Shown here: positions 10,538 to 24,409 of the stretch, one piece after another | Numbering within the stretch: position 1 is the stretch's first letter | Layout of the letters: each line of letters starts with the position of its first letter | Source: the human T2T-CHM13v2.0 reference genome, Homo sapiens | Assembly (NCBI RefSeq): GCF_009914755.1 | Contig: NC_060944.1 | Length of the DNA stretch: 64,000 nt | Reading direction: 5' to 3' (one strand) | Program-made: the position numbers and the translations under genes | The notes under the pieces: model-generated | What the model saw: only the letters and a program-made list of their open reading frames with translations | The model's database searches: none | What the model was told of the DNA's origin: nothing

Positions 10538-12399
10538 GAGGGAAAGTTCTAAATATCTGATAAATAATCAAACTGAAATAGGGTAGCCAACCTGGGAGTC
10601 CCCAGTTCTACTTGTGTTGTTTGTCGTGTGCATCAGATTATAAAAGCTAAAAGTGGATTCCAGCCTCTGTGATTATTGTTTTGCTCTCTAAAGGAACAGC
10701 CATTCAGTGGTGGTTTGCATTCTCCTTTGCCTCTCTTTAGCATGCCACTTTAGGGTTAGGGTGGCGTTTGACAGGGTGAACCGGGATCCTCCCCTTTTCT
10801 CACTGAGGTGCTGTCTTGACTTACAGTCAGGAGCCAGGACCTGGGCAATGCGGAGGACCAGCATGCTGTGCCCCCACAGACCTCCTGGATTGCTTATTTG
10901 TATCTGGGAAGAGTTAAGTGCTGTCCTGGGTCTCTGATATATGGGCTGCTTTTAGGATTTGCCAAAAGGAAACTTTTAAAGCTTCTGTTTCTTTACAGCC
11001 AGCAGCTCAATTACTTATGGGAGGTAGGTTGTCATGGGGACAGTAAAGAGTTCATTTGGGAAAAGAGTGGAGAAGGAGTACAGTAGAAAATGGAATAAAT
11101 CATGTGTGAGTCAGTTGCTGTTCCACAGGAAAAACTCTTAACATCTTAGGGACTAAAAGCAAGAAACTGTTCCTGTCATGCTCTGGAGCCTGCAAATGGG
11201 CTGGGGCTTAGCAGATCTGGCCTGGCTTGCCTTGTGTCTTCAACCTGGGGCCCATGCTAAGGGGCAGTGTCTGCTTGGATCAGGTTTTCTTCATGATGGT
11301 GAGGAGGTGAGCAGGAGGACCCACCTCTCGCATCTGCAGGGTTAAGGTTTCTGTCCTTGTCACATCTGTTAAGGCCCAAGCAAGACCCATGACCATGCAC
11401 AAAGGCAATGGGGGTTTATGCTGCAATTTTTGGAGAGAGTTGCTGCTAGCCACATGGCAGAGGGGGCATGCATGTATAGTTTTGTTCCAGCAAGGGAGAC
11501 AGCTCTCCATCAATTCTGGCATACCCCCTTGAATCTAGGAAAACCCCTTTTCTCTGTGCCATGACATGGCACACACTTCCAGGAAGCCTGTGGCTTTCAT
11601 GCTGGCATGGCTGTCTAAACTTTTGCTAACAAGGGTGATTTTTTCAGTCTCCTGAGTTCCACCTGGGGTATCTGGGAAGTGCTGGCTCCCTAGATGGGAT
11701 CCTCCATATGAGGAAAGCTCCTCTCCAAAAGCCCGTGTTTATTCTCCATAAAAACAGGCTGGTCAAAGGGTATGGCCTGGTAGAGGCTTTTTTGGCCTAT
11801 GATTTGTTATGTATTGATTGTTGAGTTCTTCCTAATAGAGAATTCACTTCTACTCCCACCCAGTGTGGTTCACATGGTATCAGAATCATAGCCAAATAAT
11901 TGTGAAGGTGTGCAATGTGCAGGATGGGGTTTTATGATGAAAACTCAAGATGAAATAGAAGAAGGGGGCTGGGAAACAACAGTGACCCCCCTGCACTGCA
12001 AAGGGAGGTGCAGGTAGGATGAGGTGGGGAACGTGGCCATCTCTTGTGAGGTGCAACATCTAGGGAAATTGGAGGGAATTTCCTCCTCAGCCTCTGTCCC
12101 TGCATCCTCTCCAGTGCCCCAGTCCCTTCCATCTCACATTCTGTCTCTGCTCTAAGGAACAGTACAGAGTGTGGATGCTGGTGAAACGTGTTCTTAGTAA
12201 CCAGCCAGCCTGCAGCTTCATCACGCAATGGCTTGGACATTCCCCTGACACACTGATGCTAGGCTGAGAAGTTAGGAGGTGTTTCCATGACTTCCCAACT
12301 AGCTGACAACACAGGGCTGTGCATGTCAATGATCCTTACATAGAACTTTGCTGTATTTTGAATTTTTATTTTTGGCACCTTTTATTTTGTAGTGATTTC

Positions 12400-12704
12400 T
12401 ATTTTTTCTTTCTTTTTTGTTTTTTTTGAAACAGAGTCTTGCTCTGTCACCCAGGCTGGAGTGCAGTGGCACAATCTCGGCTCACTGGAAGCTCCGCCTC
12501 CCGGGTTCACGCCATTCTCCTGCCTCCTGAGTAGCTGGGACTATAGGCGCCCGCCACCACGCCCGGCTAATTTTTTGTATTTTTTTAGTAGAGACGGGGT
12601 TTCACCGTGTTAACCAGGATGGTCTCGATCTCCTGACTTTGTGATCTGCCCACCTTGGCCTCCCAAAGTGCTGGGATTACAGGCGTGAGCCACCACGCCC
12701 GGCC
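12400..12704 (-). mobile_element. AluY
   Basis: AluY diagnostics (gggttcacgccattctcc, ttcaccgtgtta); TSD tagtgatttc. Confidence 0.9.
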
Positions 12705-13914
12705 TAGTGATTTCAAACTTACAAAAAGTGGGAAGAGTAATATAAAGAACTCTTGTATACATTCAAATTCTCCCACTCATAACATTGTATCTTGTGCTTT
12801 TTCCTTCTCTTTCTATGTGTGTACAAGCTATTATAGGTTTTTACAAGTCATTTGAGTGCAAATTGCAGACATGGCCTCTTTTGTCCTCAGATACTTTCAT
12901 GTGTGTGTCCTAAGGACAAGGACATTCTCTAACACAACCTCAGTTCAATGAGCAAAATCATGATGCTTGTGTGGATACATCCTTTTGTCTAGTCTGTTGT
13001 CCAGACAATTTATCAATGGTGTTTATTTGCCAAGCTTCCTTAGTCTCCTTTAATCTGGAAAAGCCCTTCATTCTCTCTTGTCTTTGTTATCCTGTCATTT
13101 TTGACAATAACTGGCTATTTTGTAGAATGTTTTCTGTTGGGGTCATCAATGGATTAGATTCAGGTGATGCATTTTTCAGATGAAAATTATAGAAGTGATA
13201 TGGTGTCCCTCAGTACCTCATTCCAGGAGGCTAGGATACCATCGTCCAACTGCTGATAGATGTTAACATTAATCTCTAGATTTAGATAGCATCTTCCAGC
13301 TTTCTCCACTCTAAAGTTACTTTATTTGTTGTATAATTAATAAGTATTTCAAGGAGCAATACTTAGAAAATAGGTTTATGTTCTACTTATTATTGAACTT
13401 TTACTTTCTACCATTAGCATATAATGATAATTCTTCCATGAATCAATTGCTATTATGATGATTGTGACTATTTTTTCTAACTTCATCATTTCTTCTGTAT
13501 TTATTAATGGCATTCATTCCACTGTAAGGAAAACTTGCTTTTCTCATCTGTCTGTTTATCTACATACCTACCTACCTAGCTTCTGTCTCTCGATAGATCT
13601 AACTCATGGTTTCTTATTTTATTCAAGAAGTTATAATCTGTTACCACTATTATTGCAATGTGTAGATTATCTCACAGTTGGCTACCGAGAGCTCCTTTAA
13701 ACAGCTTCCTCTGTTCTCTTGACATGTTTCCATTATTATTGGAGCCTATCCTTACCTTCTCATGTATTAATAACAAGAAGTTCTAGATCTATTTTATACT
13801 TTCCTTCATCCAACTCTAGAATTACTGGCTGAAATCTGTGGTGAGTTCAGAAAGCAATCCCGAGTGGTGCCTGTGCACATTCATTGCTACAGGGAGGCCA
13901 TGGTGCCTCTGTCT

Positions 13915-14052
13915 GTAGTTATTCACCTGGGGCAATTTTGCTTCCCAGGGCACACTGGTAATGTCTAGGACATTTTTGGTCGTTGCTACTTGGGAGGATG
14001 TGCTACTGGCATTTAGTGGACAGAGGTCAGGGATTCTGATAAACATTGTGCA
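13915..14052 (+). mobile_element. MER20 (5' half, truncated at the L1 boundary)
   Basis: ggggcaattttgcttcccagggcac...tgctactggcatttagtgg; the full-length paralogous copy is at 47592-47803. Confidence 0.75.
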
Positions 14053-14059
14053 TTTTTCC

Positions 14060-17000
14060 CCCCAGTGGTAGATTAGAAGCTTTCAGTGTGCCTAAGCACT
14101 TGGAAATAGCAAAATAGTACCTAGTGATCGGCTCTGTGAGTTTTAACTCAAGAAGGAGAGTGGGAATCCACTGGAATCCTGAAGGACACCTCAGATTCTG
14201 GGGAGGAGAATGTAGGCAAATAGCCCCTATGTTAATGTGCTCCTGATAAAAGTGAGCGATGTCCCAGAATGTGAGGGGGTAGAGAGTCTCCCTCTGTGAT
14301 GTACCCTTCCACTGGGGATTCCATGGACCCAGGTCAAGGGAGAGCACTTTGTTTCTCCCAAGCCCTAGAGCTAACTTGGGGAGATGCTGGACACTCTGAG
14401 AAGGAAAGACACTGGAAAAAGTTGCTGCCATTTTCTTAGACCTAGGACTAAGAGCAGTATGCTAGTTTTAATCTGGGCTCATAAGTCAGTCATTCTTAGG
14501 TGACCCAGCAGCTTGCCTACAAACTCATTTTAGTCTTGGGCCATATGGGAGTGCTTGTGCTAGAATGGGGTAGGGGTCTCCGTATTAGAACTGAGCAATG
14601 ACTGCGAAAAATGCCCTAATAATAGGTGTTGGAATTGTGTTCACCCTTGTTGCCAGTCTGAAGCCAGAGGAGGGCTACTGCAGTCATGGGTTCTCCTATG
14701 TCATGAGACTTGCAGCCAAGGTCATCTTGGTACCTGGAACTGGTCTCTGTGTATCGGTGCTGGATGCACCAGACTTCTTCCCTGAGATCATGGAGCAGCT
14801 GGATCTTATCTGCCCTACACTAGGGCTGATCTCTAGGCATTCAGAACACCTGCTCACTCGGATGAGCAGCCTAAGCAACCCCACCCTTCCTATGTATAGA
14901 CTGTGGTGTAGCAGGGCCCTCTGTACTCCATACCCAGGTAGATCTACAGGCATTCAGAGCACCCCTGTGCCTAAATCAGCAGGCTTTTCTGCCTTACCCT
15001 TCCTGTACAGAGACAGTGGTGAAGCAGGACCCTCTCTGCTCCATGCCCAGGCAGACCTCCAGACATGTAGAGCACCTGCTCACCTGGAACAACATCCTGA
15101 GCTGCCCCAATATTCCTGTGCAGAGATTTTGGTATAGCAGCACCTGCTGCACTCCATGCTCAGGCAGATATCCAGGCATCTGGAGCACTGACTCCCCTGG
15201 ATTAGGAATTGAGGCATTCTACCCCTTGCAGAGAATTTGAGTCCAAGGAGGTGTCTCACATCCAGGCCTAGGCACACGTCTGGGTGCTCAATTGATGCCC
15301 ACTGGACTCCCCCTCAATGCTGGTGCTTGTACCTGCTATTGGAGCACCTGTAGTTATGCCTGCCCTTCTTGGTCACCTCATCCAGGCATAAGCAGGGAGC
15401 TCACACCATGGTGCACTTCAGGATCAGCCCAATGCCAGAGGCAACAGAAAGCTTCTCCCGGTAAACAAGAATCAAGTATATACCCATCTGCATTAGCCAC
15501 AGCCAACTCTTACAGACAAGCACCGTCTATTGGCCTGTAGACAAACCACGTGGCCCAATATAAAACATACTGACAAAAGTGCATAGTGTTATAGAAGCAA
15601 AGCCAAAAACCCTATAGTCACACACCCTAGAGAGGGGTAGAAATGGAAAGAAAAACAATGATATAGAGAAAGATAGAAAAAAAATTCTGTCTGCATGAAA
15701 ATAATTTCAAAAATTAGAAGTGTCAATGTGTCCAGATGAGAAAAAAACAGCACAAGAATCCTGGCACCATGAAACATCTGAATATTGTGAGACCATCAAG
15801 GATCTCACTATCTCCCCAGCAATGGTTCCTAACCAAAATGAAAACTCAAAAATGACAGATAAAGAATTCAAAGCATACATTGCTAAGAAGCTCAATGAGA
15901 TCCAAGACAATATTCAAAATCAACAAAAACAAATTTCTTAAGCAATCCAGGAGATGAAGAAAGAAATACACATTTTAAAAAGAAATCAATCAGAGTTTGT
16001 GGAATTGATAAACTCCACTTAAGGAATTTCAAAATACAGTTGAAAGCTTTATTATTAGACTAGACCAAACAAAAAAACCACTTCAGAGCTTGAAGATTGG
16101 TACTTTGAACTAACCCAGACAGACAAAAAAAATGAACAGTCTCTGAGAAATATGAAATTATATAAAATGACCAAACCTCTGAATTGTTAGCATTCCTGAG
16201 AGACAAGGAGAAAACATAAACAATGTGGGAAACATATCTGAGGTAATCCAAGAAAATTTCCCTAATCTTGCTAGTGTCATAGACATCTAGACACAAAAAA
16301 TGAAGAGAACACCTGCGAGATACTGTCAGGACTCTGAGCCTAAGCTAAGCCATCATATCCTCTGTGACTTGCAGGTACACATCCAGATTGCCATTTCCTG
16401 CCTTAACTGATGACATTCCACCACAAAAGAAGTGAAAATGGCCTGTTCCTGCCTTAACTGAAGACATTGTCTTGTGAAATTCCTTCTCCTGGCTCATCCT
16501 GGCTCAAAAGCTCCCCTACTGAGCACCTTGTGACCCCCACTCTCCTGCCCACCAGAGAACAACCCCCCTTTGACTGTAATTTTCCTTTACCTACCCTAAT
16601 CTTATAAAACAGCCCCACCCCATCTCTCTTTGCTGACTCTCTTTCAGACTCAGCCTGTCTGTCTGCATCCAGGTGATTAAAAGCTTTATTGCTCACACAA
16701 AGCCTGTTTAGTGGTCTCTTCACACAGACGCACATGAAAGATACTACACAAAATGAACATCAATGCCTATAGTCACCAGGTTTTTCAAGGTCAATTATAT
16801 AAAAAATCTAAAAGCATCTAGAGAAAAATGTCAGATAATGTACAAAGGAAGCCCCATCAGTTTAACTGCAAAGTTCTCAGTGGCAACTGTACAAGTCAGA
16901 AGTGATGGGAGCCTATTTTCAGCATTTTTAAAGACAAGAAAATTCAACCAAGAATTTCATATTCTGTCAAACTAAGCTTTAGAAGCAAAGAGAAATAAAA

Positions 17001-17215
17001 TGTTTTTCAGGCAAACAATCACTAAGGAAATTTGTTACCACTAGACCAGCCTTACATGAGATTCTTAAGGAAGTACTACACATGGAAACAAAAGATCCCT
17101 GCTACCATAAAAACAAACTTAAGTACGTAGTCCACAGACCTTGTAAAGCAACTATGCAATAGAAACTACAAAGCAACCAGTTAATAACTTCATGAGAGGA
17201 TCAAAATTTCACTTA
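14060..17215 (+). mobile_element. Old L1 (L1PB/L1MA-type) 5'UTR with ~110-bp monomers, degenerate ORF1 and start of ORF2
   Basis: ORF1-like peptides (MTDKEFKAYIAKKLNEIQD; YKGSPISLTAKFS); interrupted by LTR7. Confidence 0.7.
16324..16739 (+). mobile_element. HERV-H solo LTR (LTR7 family)
   Basis: tgtcagg...ttcctgccttaactgatgacattccaccacaaaagaagtgaaaatggcc...cacatgaaa; 5-bp TSD GATAC on both sides. Confidence 0.93.
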
Positions 17216-17339
17216 TTTCTTAAATGACCATACGTAGTCATAGTTATAATTTTTCCCATTGTACAGATGAGTTAACTGAGTCTCCTCGAGATGACATCCC
17301 TCGCTCTCTCAGCAGGGGCTCCATCCACCAGTTTCCCCT

Positions 17340-17725
17340 TTACCAGTGAGACTTCATTCTCTCAGCTACTGGGAGTGTGGCCGCTGATGGCTCACAGTTG
17401 AGTCCTTCTGTGGGCATTGATCTGAGTCAAAGGAAGCTGCTTTGTCCAAGTTCATGCCCCTCCTGGAATTGCCTATTTTAAATAATAGGTCTATATGCGG
17501 GTACAAAATGTTGACTCTTTTGCCCTGATGTGCTACCACTCTGAGGCCATCCCCATTGCAGAGCTCTCCATGGGCCTGGCTGTGGCTGTCATCTGCTGAG
17601 CTGCACCCCTGCCTGACTTCTTCCTCTGCCCTACCCCATGCCCCTGCCTCCCCAGCACATGCCTCAGTGAGCCTCTTGCCCATGAATCTCCATCTGGGTC
17701 TGTTTCCAGGAACCCTAACCAAGAG
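17340..17725 (+). mobile_element. ERVL LTR (LTR16-like)
   Basis: ggccatccccattgcagagctctcc...aatctccatctgggtctgtttccaggaaccctaacc; its 3' end is duplicated at ~32540-32625. Confidence 0.55.
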
Positions 17726-18548
17726 ATGGTGGAGTCAGGACTCACACCACAAATATCCTGCCTTTTAAACTACAGTGGGTGTTAGGTCTGTGAATGTTTG
17801 GAGGGTGGAGCAATTCTTGTCTAGGAGACTGGATGTCTCTCTTCTCAGGATTCAAGGGGTAGGATGTTCGAAATGTATTCAGACCTGAGACTTATTTGGA
17901 AAAATGGTGTTTTATCTGGAAAGTTACCTGTTCTTGAAAATCTCTCACTCAGCAGGACTATTTTTCCCTCCTTACTCCTTAGTAAAATGAAAACCAAAGC
18001 TTCCATTTGCATTGGTCTTGGTGAAATATTTCACTTACCAAATTTCTTTGGATCTACCTGATGGGGAAGGCTAGGCAGGTAACACAAACCCTTTGTAATT
18101 TTGAGGAAATATGTAGAAGGCAATTTGGGGACAATAAGCCAGGTCATGTAATTTTCAGATACATTTTGTTCACATTGCACAATAAGCTTCATTTGCCACC
18201 CTGGCTCTGGGACTGGCACTTAGTGATGTGTCAGCTCCATCATTCCTGGAAGTATCCTGGCTGCAGAGAGGAAGAGTCCTGAGAAACACAGGCTACCTCT
18301 CCCATGATGACACTGGTCATTTACCAAAGGCCATGGGGGTGGTGTTCACAGAGTTGGTGCAGTGTCCTCAGCAGGGGCCCAGGTGGTTTCCTTCCATCTT
18401 CTCCATCATTCATTGGGCTCTTGTTGTTGGGCACACGGCTCATAGTGAAAGGCAGACACCATAGTTGGGACATTCTGTCCCACACTACAGCCTGAAAGAT
18501 GAGGAGCAGGAGCAGGAGGAGGTCACAGGTGGTGAGAGGAGGGTGTGG

Positions 18549-18571
18549 AGAGTGAGAGAGAGAGAGAGAGT

Positions 18572-18611
<40 letters not shown>

Positions 18612-18623
18612 AAGAGAGAGAGA
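18549..18623. repeat. Compound (GA)n(GT)n(GA)n microsatellite
   Basis: Read directly; the paralogous site at ~33428-33500 is (GA)-only. Confidence 0.9.
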
Positions 18624-19431
18624 GGATTCTTTCCAAGGCCTCGATCTTTTCTATTCAGTATAGGCTTTTTTTTTTTTTTTTTTTTTTGTAATGACCTGGC
18701 TGTCTTCTTAGATGTTATTGCCTGGACTTGGGTCCTATGCCCCCTGGGGTGAGGAAGGCCAGGAAGTTTATTGGCTGATGCTTTCAGCCTTTGCACTCGG
18801 GGCAGGCAGGAGAAAGGGAGTAGGGAATGGCTGGTGAGGTTTTCAGAACAAAATTTCTTAATATAAGAGTCCACAAAGAGTTTGTAGAAACTCCATAGTA
18901 CTCAAAAGGTTACAAGTGGGTTTGTGCAGGAGTGTGCCTATGCATACATACACACCATTTCTACAATACTCATCTGATTCCTAATGGGATCAGTGACTGG
19001 TACACCATTCTAATGTTGAAGTATCGACGCTGAGATGTAAATGAAATGCCGTGAGTTTGCACTGAAATTAAATACAGACTCACCTCTTGAGCTTCAGACG
19101 TCCATTACTTTCAACTGAACTGGGCAGCAGGCTACCTCCTCTTTACATTCAATCAAAGTAGAATACAGGAGAATGAAAGAGGATGAAATCGAGCACACTA
19201 AAGCCAAGCCAAAGCCCACTTGCTAATCACAGTCACTGAGTCCACGGCAGTGATGAATTCTCTGGTGGTGAAGGCTTCGTAGGGAATGTGACCTAAGACA
19301 CCTTCTCTTCCCCAGGAGCTCAGAGTATAGATGGCGGAGGATATATCTGAAAACATTTACTGCCATGAAAAACAAGGAAACACTTATTAAATACTAAGTG
19401 GCTTTCACAAATCAGGGAGCATGTGAGAACA

Positions 19432-19698
<267 letters not shown>

Positions 19699-22579
19699 TG
19701 AGAACACTTATGCTGAAAATAAACTGCCGATTAACTCATAGTTGATAAGCTGTTAGGCATATGTGGGTATATCAACCACACCAATAAGTCATTCAGCCAT
19801 AGTATTTGTTAGTTTTAAAAATAGAGACATAGGGAGGATCCAAGGGGAAATAACCTGTAATCTCATCACCCAAAGACTCCTAGCTGACACTAAAAAAGAG
19901 GTAGAAAGAACACACACATATTTTTGTAATATTCAAATGGAAAAGAAAGATTCTAAATATAAAAAAAGCAAAAGCCAAATTATCCGTTTCCCTACACACA
20001 CTACCACCTCTCTTCGGTGATATCCAATGTTAATAAATACAAATGACTGCTTGCCTCTCTCCTTTCCCATATTTTAGATGTGTATGTGTATATCCATATG
20101 TGGAAATATGTGTCTAAATGTCTATATAGCCACTCATACACATGTGTGTTTACTTTGTTTTTACAACAAGCTTTATATTAACACACCATATATACCTTGC
20201 TTTCAATAAAATAATATATTCAAGATATATTAAAATTATTTCCAGTTTAATACATATATTGCTATCTAATTCTTAACCACTCTTCCATAATGTGTGTGCT
20301 CTATAATTTATTTGAGTAGTCTCTAGTGATGACATCATTTTGATCATGTTAAAGTTTGTGCTATTACCAGGACATTGCCATGGTCATCCACAGGTTTCAC
20401 TGAGTGTTGGTGACACTATCAATGATGTATTAATAGATTCTCAACATCTTTTAAGTGTAGATGTATTAAGATCTATTAAGTGTATGATTGGTGTAGGGGA
20501 TGGGCCTGTGATCCAGACCTGGCCTATGAGGCATCAAAAGGAGTGAGTGCATAGGAGGAGCTTACTCACATTCAGGAAGGACGGGTGGAACAGAGGCTTC
20601 TCCCTAGGATCTTTCTGCCTCTGGATGTTGGTACTGATGATGTGATGTCTGGAGTTGTGGCAACCACCTTGCTACCAGCTTGAGGCTGCAGCATCATGAA
20701 CAGAGAGGTACGAATGAGAGAATCCCAGAGAAGCAGAGCTAGATGGTGGGAGTTCTGTTCCTAAAGCTTGTCTCACCCAGGGCCTTCTTATTATGAAAGG
20801 TAGAGCACTCCCTTTGCATTCAAGCCATTTTTAATTGGGGACTTTCTTACATGCTGCGGAAAGCCTCTTGCCAGGTCCTCATGCACGTGCAGGTTTCTTT
20901 TGCATGAGTTTCTCCTTCCCTCACTTCTTCTCCATGTCTCCTATTTTTGTGGATGGTGGATTTGCCTCCTTCCCATTTCCCCTTGGCCCATCCACTCTTG
21001 CAAAAATAGTAAAGTCTTCTCATAAAAATCCAGAAGATCTTCAATGATGCTAATGACGTTTAAGTACAGAGATCTTCAAAAACCCCACAAAAGGCTCCAA
21101 GTGGGCCCTAGCAACAGCTTTACTTGGCTGGATGTTTTGTACAATAAAAGATGTGTGATATTTTCACTGTAGTCAGCTAAGAACACTGGATTTTTCTACT
21201 CTGGCTTTCCTCTTCCCATTCATGGCCCTCTGGATGGTGTAGGGTGGACACAGGCATTTTGGTATCTGGCTAAGAGGAAGTTGAGTTGGGATGCATTTAA
21301 CCTGGGGTGAGGGGAACACAGTCCCATGGTTCTCAGTCACTCCTGTGCATAGTCATGTTGCCTCAAACTGTCCTGGTGCAGGAGAGGCCCCAGACAAGGC
21401 CCTACCACCATCTTGGATTTTACCTAAAGCATTGAGGAGAGGTAGAACCTTGATCAGAAAATGTCCCCAGCACCTCACATTGGAAGCCTGTGATTAGCAG
21501 AGGAAAGAAGGTTTGCAATGTGTGGCGCCAGAAGCCCATCTGTGGAAAATTATTCCCAGAAGAAACATGCAAAATTTTAAGTGAGTGTTTTGTTTCTTTT
21601 TGACCCTAGTCAAAAAAGGAAGTTTTATTCTATTGGAAATGTATTTAGTAATATGGCATATAACATAATTAGTGCATTATGCAGTTGTCTTTATTTTTGA
21701 TGGGAATTGAATGAGATAGAATTTCTGAATTTTTGACATTTGTAGAGCACAGATCTGTGTGGTGAAACTACCCATAATAAGGACATATGTGTGTGAAGCG
21801 GCACAGAACTGAGGATGGGGCTGACCTCCCACCTCTTCTTATCCTGATCAAGTCTGGGAGCTCCACATAACACAGATATAAAACTGTGACTAGAAGAAAG
21901 ACAGCTCGAAGAAATACTTGCTTCAGGACAAACACCTCCTGCACATACAATGAGCTAATAAATATAACCCATAATGACATTTTTAGATAATTCTGAAGCT
22001 CAATACAACTGTGACAGTTTAAAAATGCTGTGTTTGTGTGTATTGTCAGTAGAAAGATTTGTTAAGGTCTTCAAATTTAAGTCAAGAAATTTTAGAGGTA
22101 TTAAAATCTTAGAGCTTGCAGATGAAAGGAAAATGAAAGAGGCTTTTCCAAATTAGACAACAATCAGAAAAATGTGCACGATATGACCAAGTATGAGTTT
22201 GAATCAAGATGTGATGAGCCATCAATTTTACAAGTGATCAAACCTTTTAGTGGAAAGACTGCTTTATTCTTCTGTTATACTTGACAAAGTCCTATGATAA
22301 ATGTCTTACAATGAGGCAAATAGTGATTCATTAGTTGAATATAAAAACATCGAATGAAATTATGAGTTGTGTCAGTAGCTGATTAATAAAAATATCATGT
22401 GAGGAAGTAAAAATCATGTGGATTAAGAAGGGCAAATCTGCCCTTTCATCTGCAGAGTGGATAGATGGACTGATGTTAACAAAGCCAGTGGCATCATGAG
22501 CAGGACAGAATGTTTCTCTCAAGCTGCAGCTTTGAAATGTCAAACAGCCTCTTGCTGGCTGATGACTGCTTTCTGACTC

Positions 22580-22781
22580 TGGGCAGGTGCCTGAGGCTGG
22601 GATTAGACAGAGCCCCTTCTGCCTGCCCAGCACCCAGCTCTGAAGCTGCTTCCTCCAGTCCAGCAGGTAACATCCCAAAGGATGCAGGGTGGAGCTCCCA
22701 GTACCCCCAATACCAAGTTAAATCCCACTTACCAAATCAAATTCATCACATTTGTTCCCCACCACCCCATCTACGTGCTCA
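22580..22781 (-). other. Orphan fragment of cystatin intron 2
   Basis: Aligns with 47-243 (CST1 intron 2) and ~25087-25285 (pseudogene intron 2) but differs from both. Confidence 0.88.
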
Positions 22782-22917
22782 TGTCAGAGGCGTTTGAATC
22801 AGAGCAACTTCATCTGGAGTAGGGGCTGGGTACAATGAGGCTGAGACCTACTGTGCTGCATTCCCAGATGGTTAAGGCATTCTAAGTCACAGGATGAGAT
22901 AGGAGGTCAACACAAGA
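22782..22917 (+). mobile_element. MER41 LTR, first ~135 bp only
   Basis: TGTCAGAGGCGTTTGAAtCAGAGCAAC...GCATTCTAAGTCACAGGATGAGATAGGAGGTC matches the MER41 5' terminus. Confidence 0.85.
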
Positions 22918-23747
22918 CTGCTTTCTGACTCAATGGAAGACCTCATCCTCTAGAGTCAGGGGCTGTCAGAAACTTTGCTTATCAGTAAGAAGAACATCCC
23001 ACTGCCTGGAGGATCTACATCCACCTTTACACAGAAGCACAGAGCTACAGAGAAGGGGTTTATGGACAGAACATTCCACATCTATCTGGACTTTATGCGT
23101 TCTAAGGACACAGGACCTAGGTCCACTTTGCAGACCAGGCTTGACACTGGCTGCTTTACACAAAGTCCTGCCATGCTCTGAGAGCCTCAATATCCCTTCA
23201 AAATCCTTTCTAACATCTTCATTTTCAATCTTTTACCACTGATTTGTGACATCATTTTTGGGAGAGAAAGTCTTAGAAAGGTGTGGCACATGGGTGCCAG
23301 CCTCTGGACAATTTGGGCAGATTTCCTCTTATCATTTTGTGCCCCTGCCCTCCGCCATGTTCATGGCAGCAGCCCTTGCTCAATGTGACTCTGAGCATGG
23401 AAGGTATTGGAAAGCCCTGCCTGGGGCACCGGCCATGAGGCTGCCCCCCTGTACCCTGAAATGGCAAAGAGGACTGTGCAGGGTGGGCTGTGTGACTTAG
23501 GACTGTAGTTTCCTGTTCAGGGCAGAAATGTCCACTGTTCTTTGGAATGCTAGTGACAATTAAGTGATGTTCTTTATTAATGAGAACATCCTTCTTGAAA
23601 CCTGAAGAGCATCCACTGCATTACAGTCCTGAATGTTTTAATTTCTACATACTTTATGTTAAGTTTGACATGACGACTTGCTTTAAATCCAAGTCCAAGA
23701 GAAAGTACTAGTGGGTGTGAACGTGAACAATGCTCCTAGGGTGCAAC

Positions 23748-23991
23748 CTCCCAGCACAGGGCACTGCCTCCCAGTGTAGGGCATAACTTCCAAGCACAGG
23801 GCAAAATCTCCCAGGATAAGACACCACCTCTTAGCATAGGACACAGCCTCCCAGCATAGGGCACCATCTCTCAGCATAGGACACCACCTCTCATCATAGC
23901 ACATAGCCTCCCAGCGCAGGGCACTACCTCCCAGTGTAATGCACAATCTCCCTGTTCAGCATAGGGTATGATCTCCCTGCGCAGGGCACAC
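23748..23991. repeat. 20-bp minisatellite (~12 copies, consensus ~CTCCCAGCAYAGGGCACNAC)
   Basis: Regular 20-bp period read directly. Confidence 0.9.
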
Positions 23992-24409
23992 CCACATGGA
24001 ACTGATGAAAGGAGGCACTGCTCTCACACTAGAACCTGGGCTGCTCCCTTTGGAAGAGGTCAGACTTGGAGGAGGGGGCTGGTGGACAAGGAGAGTTTCA
24101 TAAAGGGTCCGCCAAAACCCTTCCTGTTTGCACAGCCCTGGACAGCCAAGAACTCAGTGGGAGCAGATGCTACTGTTTAGTTGCAGGAGAAGGGGGCATG
24201 TGTACCATACACCGGGGCTGTAAGAAGCAAGGAGCCAGGGCAGAAACCCCTGCTGTGAAGAAAGCCTCCTGATGTCTTCTCTGCCTGTCTCCTGGTGAAG
24301 ACCCTCAGAGGAGACCTCCCCCAGGGCAAGAACCACCAATTCAAGGGTGAGAGCACTACAGTGGCATGGGAGTAGGAGGTGGTTTGTGCAGCTGGCCTGG
24401 TACAAACCC

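Noticed and set aside
11930-12030. Similar short peptides in the two C blocks (MMKTQDEIEEGGW / MVKTQEETEEGGC)
   Set aside because: Explained by nucleotide paralogy; there is no recognisable family or convincing exon boundaries.
18260-18540. Possible additional cystatin (CST8/9-like) exon suggested by an LLLLLLL run
   Set aside because: The Leu run is a polypyrimidine tract; no cystatin motifs follow and the frame breaks in the paralogue.
23748-23991. CRISPR-like regular repeats (also 26241-26393)
   Set aside because: Units are head-to-tail with no unique spacers, there are no cas genes, and the DNA is primate.
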